Below, one piece after another: positions 36,857 through 45,803 of a stretch of DNA of 64,000 nucleotides. Position 1 is the first letter of the stretch, and the number at the start of each line of letters is the position of its first letter. The notes below the pieces were generated by a model. It was given only the letters and a program-made list of their open reading frames with translations, was not told the origin of the DNA and ran no database searches. The position numbers were made by a program, and so were the translations under genes. The DNA lies in assembly GCA_030754655.1 (NCBI GenBank), contig JASLZX010000001.1, positions 91,059 through 155,058 of the forward strand. Direction: 5' to 3'. The stretch is from Candidatus Poseidoniia archaeon (GTDB lineage: Archaea; Thermoplasmatota; Poseidoniia; MGIII; CG-Epi1).

Positions 36857-37807
36857 TTAATAGTTTTCGTCGAGCCAGCGCGCCGTGTCAACGATGGCGG
36901 CGCGGCTGCCGAACTGTGGTTTCCAGCCGAATTCACGCAGCCGCTCGACCGCCAGCAGCATCCGCTTCACGTCGCCCTCCCAGCCGCGTCCGCCGTCGAC
37001 GCCGCCGGTGAAGTGGTATGGTACGTCGGGGAGGCCGAGCGCATCGCAGACCGCGTCCGCCACCGTCACGACGTCGATGCCGTCCAGCGAGCCGACGTTA
37101 AGCGCGGTGAAGCCGCCGTCGGGGCACGCTTCGGCGGGCGCGACCGCGAGCATCCCGGCGATGCAGTCGGCGACGTGGAAGTAGGACTTGAACTGCTTGC
37201 CGTCGCCGAGGATTTCCAATGCAGTCGGGTCGGCCTGCAGTTTGTGGATGAAGTCGAAGGTGACGCCGTGGTTGCTGCGCGGGCCGACGCAGTTGGCGAA
37301 GCGGAACGAGATGGCGCGCCCGCCCTCCTCCTCGCAGAAGCGCTCGATGAGCTGCTCCGCCTCGAGCTTGCTCTGGCCGTAGGCCGAGATAGGCGCCAGT
37401 GGTTCGTATTCCTCAGGAGTCGGCACGACGCTCGCCTCGCCGTAGACGGTCGAAGTCGAGGTGAAGACGATGTCGCGCACATTACAGCGTGCCATCGCCG
37501 CCAGCACGCAGCGTGTCGCGTCGACGTTCTGCCGGAACATGACTTCCGGCGCGTCGATACCGGTGCGCACCTCGGGGTTGGCCGAGAGGTGCCAGACTAT
37601 ATCGACCACCGCCAGCAGCGCGTCGAAATTCTCGTCGAGCAGGTCCAGCTCGTGGAACTCGATGGAGTCGCGCACGCCCGCGAGGAAGTCGAGGCTTCCC
37701 GACGAGAGGTTGTCGAGCACGCTGATGCGGTCGCCCCGCGCGACCAGCGCGTCGACCAAGTGCGAGCCGATGAAGCCGGCACCGCCGGTGACCAGTGAAT
37801 GCGTCAT
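36857..37807 (-). CDS. NAD-dependent sugar-nucleotide epimerase/dehydratase (SDR-extended family)
   Basis: TGGAGFIGSHLV Rossmann motif, YGQSK catalytic YxxxK. 316 aa. Overlaps the upstream gene end by 4 nt. Confidence 0.8.
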   Translation of the reverse strand: MTHSLVTGGAGFIGSHLVDALVARGDRISVLDNLSSGSLDFLAGVRDSIEFHELDLLDENFDALLAVVDIVWHLSANPEVRTGIDAPEVMFRQNVDATRCVLAAMARCNVRDIVFTSTSTVYGEASVVPTPEEYEPLAPISAYGQSKLEAEQLIERFCEEEGGRAISFRFANCVGPRSNHGVTFDFIHKLQADPTALEILGDGKQFKSYFHVADCIAGMLAVAPAEACPDGGFTALNVGSLDGIDVVTVADAVCDALGLPDVPYHFTGGVDGGRGWEGDVKRMLLAVERLREFGWKPQFGSRAAIVDTARWLDENY

Positions 37808-40044
37808 TCCTCGTCCTCTGTATCGCCTTCGGGTTTGTTGGCGGGCGGTTGATCCTGCGCGCCTTCGGGCATGAATGCATCGAGTACGGTCGCGGTGGTC
37901 TTCGAAATCACCTGCCCTGTTCCCTCAACGGCGCGGAAAACGCCGAGGGTCGCCGCGCCTGCCAGGTCGGCTGCGGCGCCGACCGGAGCGCCGATGATAC
38001 CCTCACGGTGGAGCCCCAGCACCTCCTGGAATTCGTCCAGGCTCAGCTCGTCCCAGTGGCGGAAGGTGTACCAGAGGGTGACGATAATCAGCGCCACCAC
38101 CAGCGCAATCAACAGTCCGTAGGTCCCCATCTGCCCGGCGAGGCCGAGGCCGAATACAATTGAGGCGGAGATGATGAATGACCCGAGGACGCCACCAATC
38201 GCCACGGCCGAGAGGATGCGGTGGGGGGACATCGACATCGAGCGGCCGAGCAGCGTGCCGCCGACCGAGCCGGAGCCCTGAAACGGAAACATCACGAAGA
38301 GCATGATGCCGGCGAACGCCAGCCGCTCAATCCACGGCTGCACGGTCATGATTTCGTGGCCCTTGGCCTGCACTCGTCGGATGGCGCCACCGACGAACGG
38401 AATTTTGCGCGCAAGGTCGAAGTTCCACGCCAGAAAGACGCCGACCATGATGTCGACGAAGGCGGTTGCCAGCGCTAGCACCCAGGGGTTGATTCCGGCC
38501 GCAATCCCGAGCGGGATGACGGTCCCCTTGCCGAGTGGTGGGACGAAATAGAGCAGCATCAGCTGCGAAACCAGCAGGAAGTCGCGTGTGGGGATGGCGA
38601 GGAACAGCAGCAGGAATCCACCCACGGTGGCGAGTATTGGCATGCTGAAGCGCGTCACCGTCAGGATTACCGCGGGGCCGCCGACAGCGTAAACCAGCAG
38701 CATCGCGCCCGCCAGCACGAAAGTGTTGAAGCCGACCGACCACCAGAAAGTGGGCTGCACCACCTTGGGCTCGACCACTAACAGCTCGCGGCTAAGGTTG
38801 ACCGGCTGCTCGCCGAAGGGAGTCGTGAAGCCAGCCCCCGTTACATTGCCGGCAATCCAGGTCGAGTTGGCGACCGACCCGGCACCGCCACCTTCAGCGA
38901 TGACCGTGACGTCCATGTAGATTGAGGCGCCGACCGGCAGCCGCTGCTCCAGGTTTCCCGCCGCGCGAACCGTGGCGCCGCGGAGGACCATGTAGGTGTA
39001 GCCGAGGTCTTCCCCGTCGGCGACGTTGGTAACCGGGGTGTTGTGCAGCGTAAAGTTGATGACGCGCGTCTGCTGGAACAGCACCACATCCAGCTGCGAC
39101 CGCTGGAAGCTGCCGTTGGTCAGCTGCGCGTGGTCGAACTTGATTCCGCGCAGGTTGCTCTGTAGCGCGCTGGTGCCTTCCCAGACCGTGCTGCGCACCA
39201 CCATCCGGTCGACGGTGGCGTGTTCCAGCCGCGTCTCCTCGAGGACCGAGTTCTGCAACAGGACCTCGGAGAGCATGACGTGCGTGAGCACCGAGCCGCG
39301 AATCGTAACATTGTGGAAGGCAACACGCTCGAAGTCGCAGTTGATGAAGAAGCCATATTCGAAGACGACGTTCTCGAAGACGACATCCTCGAAGCCCACC
39401 TCGTTGAACAGGAAACCGTTGATGGAGAGGTTGCTGAAGTATTGCTGCCGCACCAGTCGCGCACTCGAGTAATTAGCCGCCGCATTCGACGACTGCCCGA
39501 AGAGCGACTCTAGCGACCCGTTCGCCAGCAACGTGCCGTCGGCCGCTTGCGGCGCCGGGACCAGCTGTGGCCAGCCCGATTCCTCGAGCGGGGCGTAATA
39601 TTCGATAGACTCGATGTTGCCCTGCAGCAGGAAAGTGTCGCCGGGTGCGAAGTCGGGATAGTCGCCGTCGGTGGTGTAGCGCGCCAGATTGCCATGGTCG
39701 ACCGCAGCCACATACCAGTAGCCGCTGCGATCCTGCCCGAGCGCCGCCTGTGGCCAGCCTGCGAGGCTGACGCCGAGCAGGATTAGCAGCACCCCCAGCG
39801 CCAGCAGCGGCCGCGAGGCGGCGCGGACGCGCGTGACGAAGATTCGCATGGCGTCGATGACGAAGTCGATTTCGTCCTTCTCGCGCCGGCTGACTTTGAC
39901 CAGCACCTCTTCCTGCCGGGCGCGCCACGCAATCGGCCTCTCGCCCAGCTCGTGACCCGGCAGCGGCGCCTGCGCCTCGGGGTCGACCGGGGCGGGCGAT
40001 TCGGTTTCCGGCGGCTGCTCCTCGCTGGACATCCGCCCCCGCAC
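37804..40044 (-). CDS. Pentapeptide-repeat domain fused to a C-terminal multi-pass membrane domain
   Basis: One N-terminal TM, then about 200 aa of pentapeptide-like repeats (…FLFNEVGFEDVVFENVVFEYGFFINCDFERVAFHNVTIRGSVLTHVMLSEVLLQNSVLEETRLEHATV…) with many N-x-S/T sequons. Then about 300 aa with 8 or more TM helices and an acidic C-terminal tail. Confidence 0.55.
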   Translation of the reverse strand: MRGRMSSEEQPPETESPAPVDPEAQAPLPGHELGERPIAWRARQEEVLVKVSRREKDEIDFVIDAMRIFVTRVRAASRPLLALGVLLILLGVSLAGWPQAALGQDRSGYWYVAAVDHGNLARYTTDGDYPDFAPGDTFLLQGNIESIEYYAPLEESGWPQLVPAPQAADGTLLANGSLESLFGQSSNAAANYSSARLVRQQYFSNLSINGFLFNEVGFEDVVFENVVFEYGFFINCDFERVAFHNVTIRGSVLTHVMLSEVLLQNSVLEETRLEHATVDRMVVRSTVWEGTSALQSNLRGIKFDHAQLTNGSFQRSQLDVVLFQQTRVINFTLHNTPVTNVADGEDLGYTYMVLRGATVRAAGNLEQRLPVGASIYMDVTVIAEGGGAGSVANSTWIAGNVTGAGFTTPFGEQPVNLSRELLVVEPKVVQPTFWWSVGFNTFVLAGAMLLVYAVGGPAVILTVTRFSMPILATVGGFLLLFLAIPTRDFLLVSQLMLLYFVPPLGKGTVIPLGIAAGINPWVLALATAFVDIMVGVFLAWNFDLARKIPFVGGAIRRVQAKGHEIMTVQPWIERLAFAGIMLFVMFPFQGSGSVGGTLLGRSMSMSPHRILSAVAIGGVLGSFIISASIVFGLGLAGQMGTYGLLIALVVALIIVTLWYTFRHWDELSLDEFQEVLGLHREGIIGAPVGAAADLAGAATLGVFRAVEGTGQVISKTTATVLDAFMPEGAQDQPPANKPEGDTEDEE

Positions 40045-40070
40045 CCCTTCTGAGCGTTTAATCCTTGCCT

Positions 40071-40277
40071 TCAGCCACCCGACGCCACCAGCACCACGCG
40101 TACGCCCCCTTTCGGGAGCGGTGAATTGAGCGCGACCGGCCGCAGCGGCTCCCCCTCGGCGAGCACCAGCACGCCGTCCGGGTGCAGCTCCAGCGCCGCG
40201 ACCAGCTCGCCCGCGGTCGCCCCCTCCGGGAGCTCGACCTTGCGCTCTTCGCCGCCGACGGTCACGCGCCGCTTCAT
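40071..40277 (-). CDS. MoaD/ThiS-like small ubiquitin-fold protein with C-terminal Gly-Gly (SAMP-like)
   Basis: 68 aa ending …VVLVASGG. Beta-grasp pattern with a Gly-rich C-terminus. 27 nt upstream of the pentapeptide-repeat membrane gene on the same strand. Confidence 0.55.
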   Translation of the reverse strand: MKRRVTVGGEERKVELPEGATAGELVAALELHPDGVLVLAEGEPLRPVALNSPLPKGGVRVVLVASGG

Positions 40278-40379
40278 GCGCAGCCAGCGGTGGACGGGAT
40301 TAACGGTTGGCGGCGGCAGCCAATTGCTGCCGCCGCCCCGACTTAATGCTTATCATCCCGCCACAATGGCGCCTGCGCG

Positions 40380-40462
40380 CCAGGATCGCCTAGTCCGGTA
40401 GGGCGGTGGTCTCGAAAACCACTGGGGTCTCCCCACGGGGGTTCGAATCCCTCTCCTGGCGC
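40380..40462 (+). tRNA. tRNA-Ser (anticodon CGA), class II long variable arm; CCA encoded (40463-40465)
   Basis: Acceptor GCCAGGA/TCCTGGC. Anticodon stem GTGGT/ACCAC with loop CTCGAAA. Variable arm TGGGGTCTCCCCAC. T-arm GGGGG-TTCGAAT-CCCTC. A TATA-like cttaatgcttatcat lies upstream. Confidence 0.8.
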
Positions 40463-40599
40463 CATTTCTCTCTCTGACGAGAGCGCTGCGGAGAAACGTT
40501 GCGATTTCGAGACATAATACCCCAAAGACCGGGGTGTCATAAGGTGGTAGTCGGGCCTGCCGGCGTTCATTCAATCCTATTCTGATGGCTTATATCCGC

Positions 40600-41529
40600 C
40601 TATTTCCCCAGAATCTCCTTCTTCATCTGCCTGAACTCGGCGTCGTCAATGATTCCATCATCAAGAAGGGCCTTTACATCACGCAATTCTTCAGATTTGG
40701 ACTTGCCGCCTGAGCCGATGCTGGATTTGCTCACTACGCTGTCCTTGATTTCGGTCTTGGTAACTTCGTCGCCGTGTACTACCTTCTGGGAGACCTTGAT
40801 AGTGCCCATCTCGGCCTTCTTGCGCCGAGCAGCGGCAGCCTCTTCCAGCATACTGTGGGACGTGTACCACTCATTTGCGTCGTCGTACAGCTCCAGCCGC
40901 TCGTACTCTGCACCAACTGCTGCAGGTGGCACTTTCTCGAGGAGAGGTGCTATGTAACTTCTACCTCTCTTGAGTTCCTTGATTAGCAAGGAAATTGCGG
41001 GTTCGCCAATCTCCGCCAGCGCCTCCGCGGCGTAGTAGCCAGTATCATCGTGACTAAGCACCTTACCGAGCGGTTCCACAGCCCGCACATCGCCAATCAT
41101 TCCCAGCACCTTCGCAGCACCTTGGCGGGCCGCTCGGTTTTTATCCTCGAGTAATTTAATGTGTGGTTGGACCACCCGCGCGTCACCTGTATTACTCAGG
41201 GTGTTCATAGCTTTGAGCGCTTCCACGGCTGCCTCGCGGTCAAGGCCATTACCGTCCTCGAGCACTTCGATAAGTGACTCTATCGCCGGTTCACCAATTC
41301 TTCCCAGTGCAAACGCAGCATTCAAACGAACATCGAAAGCAACATCCCTAAGCGCCTTAATGAGCGGTTTCACAGCTCGCACGTCGCCAATCTTCCCCAG
41401 CGCCTCCGCAGCGGCTTCCCGGACGCGCAAGTTGCCGTCCTCGAAGACACTATTCCTTTTCCCGCCTGAATTTTCTCTCCCAGAAACTAACATTGCAAGT
41501 GAGGCTACTGCACGCACGTCGCCTAGCAT
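40600..41529 (-). CDS. HEAT/PBS-lyase-type repeat protein with C-terminal SHOCT-like domain
   Basis: Repeated …AAEALGKIGDVRAVKPLIKAL… units (HEAT_PBS type). The C-terminus SEELRDVKALLDDGIIDDAEFRQMKKEILGK resembles SHOCT. Confidence 0.55.
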   Translation of the reverse strand: MLGDVRAVASLAMLVSGRENSGGKRNSVFEDGNLRVREAAAEALGKIGDVRAVKPLIKALRDVAFDVRLNAAFALGRIGEPAIESLIEVLEDGNGLDREAAVEALKAMNTLSNTGDARVVQPHIKLLEDKNRAARQGAAKVLGMIGDVRAVEPLGKVLSHDDTGYYAAEALAEIGEPAISLLIKELKRGRSYIAPLLEKVPPAAVGAEYERLELYDDANEWYTSHSMLEEAAAARRKKAEMGTIKVSQKVVHGDEVTKTEIKDSVVSKSSIGSGGKSKSEELRDVKALLDDGIIDDAEFRQMKKEILGK

Positions 41530-41810
41530 AGCAAGTGCTCTCGCTGCATCAATGCGGATGTAGGCTTGCTCACTTTCAAGAGCATCAAATCAAATTCCTC
41601 TGCCATCTCGAACTGGGAATCCAAATCCACAGACCAAGTGTCATTATTCAGATTATACGTTTTATCTCCGGCATGCTCATAATATGAGAAAAGGTCCCGG
41701 AAATGACTGTTACTGTAAACGGTCATTGAAAGAACAAGAACTACAGTGAATACAACGAATATCCGGTGCTTGTCAATCTCCTGCATGCCAGCTCTTGATT
41801 TGACGACCAA
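41523..41810 (-). CDS. Hypothetical small membrane protein in a low-GC islet
   Basis: 95 aa with one TM (IFVVFTVVLVLSMTVY). The local GC is well below the genomic level. Confidence 0.3.
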   Translation of the reverse strand: MVVKSRAGMQEIDKHRIFVVFTVVLVLSMTVYSNSHFRDLFSYYEHAGDKTYNLNNDTWSVDLDSQFEMAEEFDLMLLKVSKPTSALMQREHLLC

Positions 41811-41813
41811 TAT

Positions 41814-43670
41814 TTAAACTGCTTCGCGCACCTTGACCGCCAGTCCCTGCTGGCCCAGGGCAATCTCGACAGGCGCCACTTTCAGTTTACCCACCGCGAC
41901 CAGCTCATCGCTTTCAGTAACGATCAGGCACTCATCCTGGCAGCGCAGGTCCGGGTCGCATTCCAGCACGAACTTGCAGAAGGTATTACGTCCCTGCCGG
42001 TTGAACTCGGCCGAGTCCGCGTGGACCACTACGCGTTGTTGCGGTGCTGCACAGGCAGCGTGGATTACGCATGCACCAGCCGTCCGGAGCGTGAAAAGCC
42101 CGTATCGTGCACTAAGCGACAGGCGATGTTCACCATCAACCAGTACATTGCGCAAGCGTCCGGTATTGCGACTGGTAACCAGCTCAACCTCGCCTCCCAG
42201 TAGTGCGTCAGCCGCGGAGCCGCCGAACTGAAAGGTGGCGATGGCGTGCACCCGCTCGGGGGTCCAGCTGCGCTGCCGCACGTTGCCGGGCGGCCGTAGT
42301 GGCGCGGTATCCGCCAGTGGTTCGGGGACGGTGCCGAAGAGGGGATGCTCGAAGCTCGCACCGCCGGTCGCCGTGCGGGTTAGCCTGCCGCGCGCAAATC
42401 GCAGGAGCGGCTCGCGATTCGCGATCGGCTGCCGCGGCCGGAAGGCGGGCTCCCACTGCTCGAGCCAGTCTCCGTGCGACTCCAGCGCCGCGAGTGCGTC
42501 GCCCACCTCAGGCCGCCCGGCGGCGCGTGCGACGACCAGCTCCCACAGCAGTCCGTCGCGAATCGCCTCGCGCACGCGTCGCAGCTCGGCGAAGCTCACG
42601 AGCAGGTTGTGGCGCGCGAGCTGGCGCTCCCGTTCTTCCGCCGGGAGCGCCTTGAGCTCGTCAGCGCTCGTCGTGGAGCAGGTTGCGCAGCCGCACGGCA
42701 GCTCCTCCATCTCCGCCAGCCGCCGCGTGCCCCAGCTGAACATCATGCGGCCGTCGACGGCGAACTTGGCGTAGCTGGCGCTGTCGAACAGGTCGCAGCC
42801 GAGCAGCGCCGCGAGCGCGAAGAGCGACGGATGGCCGCAGCCGAACAGGTGCACCGGCCGCGCCGTCACCAGCGCGCGCTTCGCGGCGAGCACCAGCGTC
42901 GCCAGCTCGGCGTAGCGGTATTGCTCCATCAGCGGCACGACGCCGCCGATGGGGTGCATGTCGGCGTCGACGGTGGAAACCTGCGCCGCCGCGCGCTCGC
43001 GGAGCGCCGGATGGCTGCCGCCCTGCACCGTCGCGGCGAGCAGCATCTCACCCTTGAGTGGGACGGCCGCCGTGATGCGTGCTTGCGTTTCCGCCAGCTC
43101 CGCCTCGGCGCGGTCAGCGTCAAACTCCGGTTCGGTGAAGACGTCGAGCACGGTGCCGATGTCGCTGCCGATGTCGCGCTGGAACTCGACGATGGCCTGC
43201 GGCTCGACCTCGATGTCGCCGTAGACGTGCGACTGGAAGGTGCCGCTGTCGGTCATCAGCGGGCCGTCCCACCCGACCAGCGCGTGGACGCCGTCCGCCA
43301 GCGCGCGTTCGCGCAGCTCGTCGTGGCGCGAAATAATGTAGGAGTTGGTAATCAACCCGGTCGCTCCGCAGTCGCGGATTTCGGCCGGCGCCAGCGTCAG
43401 CTTGCGCGGATTGACCACCGGCAGCAGCGTCGGCGTTTCGAGCGCGCCGTGGGGGGTCGCAAGGCGGCCGATGCGCGCCAGCCCGTCGCGTTGCCGGATT
43501 TCGAACACGGCGCGGCAGCGCTGCCGGGGGATTATACCTTGCTCATTCTTCGCCCGGCGTGAGGACGTCGGCGGCGGCGCCGAGGATTGAGGCGACGATA
43601 CGGGAGGTTTGCTGGGGCTGGAATTGCGGGTGGTCATGCTGGCGGGCGTGGCACTGGTGGGCTGGACCAT
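41814..43670 (-). CDS. tgtA: Archaeosine tRNA-guanine transglycosylase (ArcTGT) with C-terminal PUA-containing region
   Basis: TGT catalytic core and a Zn site (…CGCATCSTTS…). 619 aa from Met52 (MVQPTSATPAS…). The track ORF (to 43823) would overlap tRNA-Ala, so a downstream start is required. The 50-aa S/P-rich N-terminal tail is unusual. Confidence 0.8.
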   Translation of the reverse strand: MVQPTSATPASMTTRNSSPSKPPVSSPQSSAPPPTSSRRAKNEQGIIPRQRCRAVFEIRQRDGLARIGRLATPHGALETPTLLPVVNPRKLTLAPAEIRDCGATGLITNSYIISRHDELRERALADGVHALVGWDGPLMTDSGTFQSHVYGDIEVEPQAIVEFQRDIGSDIGTVLDVFTEPEFDADRAEAELAETQARITAAVPLKGEMLLAATVQGGSHPALRERAAAQVSTVDADMHPIGGVVPLMEQYRYAELATLVLAAKRALVTARPVHLFGCGHPSLFALAALLGCDLFDSASYAKFAVDGRMMFSWGTRRLAEMEELPCGCATCSTTSADELKALPAEERERQLARHNLLVSFAELRRVREAIRDGLLWELVVARAAGRPEVGDALAALESHGDWLEQWEPAFRPRQPIANREPLLRFARGRLTRTATGGASFEHPLFGTVPEPLADTAPLRPPGNVRQRSWTPERVHAIATFQFGGSAADALLGGEVELVTSRNTGRLRNVLVDGEHRLSLSARYGLFTLRTAGACVIHAACAAPQQRVVVHADSAEFNRQGRNTFCKFVLECDPDLRCQDECLIVTESDELVAVGKLKVAPVEIALGQQGLAVKVREAV

Positions 43671-43745
43671 CCGGCCGCTCTCCCTCGAAAAGTGAGGCCC
43701 GCGAGCGGCAATCCTTAAAGCGCTCCCTTCGTGGACCGCCCGCGT

Positions 43746-43819
43746 GGGCCGGTAGATCAGTCTGGAAGATCGCCTCCTTGGCATGGAGGAGGGCGCGAGT
43801 TCAAATCTCGCCCGGTCCA
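43746..43819 (+). tRNA. tRNA-Ala (anticodon GGC), G3:U70 present; CCA encoded (43820-43822)
   Basis: Acceptor GGGCCGG/CCGGTCC. D-stem GATC. Anticodon stem CCTCC/GGAGG with loop TTGGCAT. T-arm GCGAG-TTCAAAT-CTCGC. Confidence 0.85.
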
Positions 43820-43835
43820 CCATGCGCGGTATCGC

Positions 43836-44582
43836 ATGGAATTCTCGTCATCCCAGGTTGAATCGACGCTGCTGAAGGCGGGTGCGTTGCTCGCCATAAT
43901 GCTCACCACGGGCTGGATGGCGCGCCGCGGCGTGCGGGTCAACTACACGCGCAAGCTGAACCACGTCGCGATTTTCTTCCTGCCGGTGGCGATTGACCGG
44001 CAGCTGAACGTCGCGACCTTCGCCGACATAGAATACCTGCTAACCAGCTCCGCCATCGTGACGCTCTCGCTGCTGTTTTTCTGGGAGCCGATCCGCAGCC
44101 GCTTCCCGCCTTACCAGCTGATGTTCGAAGCCTTCGACCGGCCCGAGGACCGGCCATACACGCTGGTCTGGATTTTCAGCCAGTTCGTCGCCGGCTTCAT
44201 GGTCATGCTGCCTGCCATCTGGTATTTCGGCGAAATTGGCCTCGCGGGGCTGATCCTCATCCCGCTGCTCATTAACGCCGTCGGCGACGGCCTCGCGGAG
44301 CCGATTGGCGTGCGCTGGGGTCGGCACGAATACCGCACGCGTGCGCTCGGCACCGACCGCACCTACGTGCGGACGCTCGAAGGCAGCGGCTTCATCCTGC
44401 TGACGGGGCTCGTGATTATCGCGCTGCACGCGTCGCAATTCAGCGGGCTACAGCTCGCGCTCGCGCTCGCCATCGTCCCGCTGGCGATGACCCTCGCCGA
44501 GGCGTTCTCACCGCACACCTGGGACACGCCGTTCCTGATGGCAGCTGGGTATGGCGGGTTGCTGCTGGTGATGCAGTTCTAG
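43836..44582 (+). CDS. Polytopic membrane protein, CTP-transferase-1/polyprenol (dolichol/phytol) kinase-like family candidate
   Basis: Seven or eight TM helices. Motif NAVGDGLAEPIGVRWGRHEY resembles the GDxxAExxG signature of the CdsA/dolichol-kinase superfamily. Start at MEFSSSQ (43836). The track ORF overlaps tRNA-Ala. Confidence 0.4.
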   Translation: MEFSSSQVESTLLKAGALLAIMLTTGWMARRGVRVNYTRKLNHVAIFFLPVAIDRQLNVATFADIEYLLTSSAIVTLSLLFFWEPIRSRFPPYQLMFEAFDRPEDRPYTLVWIFSQFVAGFMVMLPAIWYFGEIGLAGLILIPLLINAVGDGLAEPIGVRWGRHEYRTRALGTDRTYVRTLEGSGFILLTGLVIIALHASQFSGLQLALALAIVPLAMTLAEAFSPHTWDTPFLMAAGYGGLLLVMQF

Positions 44583-44665
44583 CAGGATTCAGATGTATCT
44601 AAAACTAGAGACGAGATTTTTTGTGAACAGTATTTCTCGAGGATGACCCCCTCCGAGGACTTGTC

Positions 44666-45541
44666 TTATTCTTCTGTTTCTTCGTCGGAGTCTTCTCGCT
44701 CCTCATTATCTTCTTCGTCACGGTCTTTATCGTCCCTGTCGTCTCTTTCGCGGTCGCATCCCTGAATCAACGCTTCTAATTCTTCACAGGCTTCTCCGAG
44801 TTCAGCCATCCTGGCTCTGATCTCTTCCCATACCTCATTGTCATGAGCCTTTCCGTTTTCTTTGTCACGACCTTCTTTATCTCTTCCAAATCTTTCTTTC
44901 CACTCTTCCATGGTCAGACAGGCTTCATCATCACCGCGTTCTTCACGCTCTTCGTCAGACCAGTTTTCTCGGTCCCAGTGTTTATCATCCCTTGACCAGT
45001 TCTTTTTATCTTCGTCAGACCAGTTTTCTCGGTTCCAGTCCGTATCATCTCTTCCCCAGTCTTTTCTATCATCGAATAACTTTCTTTCGAACTCTCTAAG
45101 TGTGAAACATGGTTCTTCTCTATCTTCATCATAACTGTATATTGCTTTCCACTGTTCTGCAGTCAAACAATCTTCATCTTCTTGTGAAACATCTCTGTCG
45201 GGCGTCTCACCCTCGACTCTTTTTTCATTTCCTTCACGATCTTCACTCGATTCTTTTCGGTCGACGTCTTCCCTATCCCAGTCTTTCTCGGACTTTTCTC
45301 TCCATTCCTCAATAGTCAGACAATCCTCATCAGACAACCCGTCACGTTCTTTTTTGTCAACTGAAGTGGAGGCCTCCTTGTTCAAGGCATCGTCGCTTCT
45401 ATCGAAAGTTGTCACTAAACCCTCTCTCAAATCACCAATGGTCGTACCGTCACCAAGAATCTGTGTGTCCTCGTTAGCTATAACCAGTGGCGATGCCGTG
45501 AGCAGCATGATAGCCATTACGAGAGCCTTACCTTCTAACAC
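44666..45541 (-). CDS. Secreted, extremely acidic W/D/E/R-repeat protein
   Basis: Signal peptide MLEGKALVMAIMLLTASPLVIA. Three copies of [DA]CLT[IAM]E[EQ]W, repeats DWDRENWSDED/HWDRENWSDEE and a poly-D/E C-terminus. Low-GC gene. Confidence 0.5.
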   Translation of the reverse strand: MLEGKALVMAIMLLTASPLVIANEDTQILGDGTTIGDLREGLVTTFDRSDDALNKEASTSVDKKERDGLSDEDCLTIEEWREKSEKDWDREDVDRKESSEDREGNEKRVEGETPDRDVSQEDEDCLTAEQWKAIYSYDEDREEPCFTLREFERKLFDDRKDWGRDDTDWNRENWSDEDKKNWSRDDKHWDRENWSDEEREERGDDEACLTMEEWKERFGRDKEGRDKENGKAHDNEVWEEIRARMAELGEACEELEALIQGCDRERDDRDDKDRDEEDNEEREDSDEETEE

Positions 45542-45605
45542 GGGCTTCGAGTTGTTATAGAGATATATAAAACGTCGCCAAAAAATTTTTTTGTTTTGTG
45601 CTTGG

Positions 45606-45689
45606 CGCGAGGAGGGGGATTTGAACCCCCGTGGGACAAGCCCATCGGATTAGCAATCCGACGCAATGGCCAGGCTATGCGATCCTCGC
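45606..45689 (-). tRNA. tRNA-Ser (anticodon GCT), class II; CCA encoded (45603-45605)
   Basis: Reverse complement: acceptor GCGAGGA/TCCTCGC, anticodon stem TCGGA/TCCGA with loop TTGCTAA, long variable arm TGGGCTTGTCCCAC, T-arm GGGGG-TTCAAAT-CCCCC. Confidence 0.8.
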
Positions 45690-45803
45690 GCAACGTTCGC
45701 GACACTGCCCCGGTTAAAGAGCCTGCGGCGGCGTTTCCCCCTCGCTGTCCGAGCCGCTCGCCGACCACGGGCAGCGGCTAAAACCGGCCGCTGCTGCGGG
45801 GGC

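Noticed and set aside
42474-43562. 362-aa plus-strand ORF and other ORFs antisense to ArcTGT (42203..42774 etc.)
   Set aside because: Antisense to a well-conserved tgtA gene, with Arg/Ala-rich composition and no motifs.
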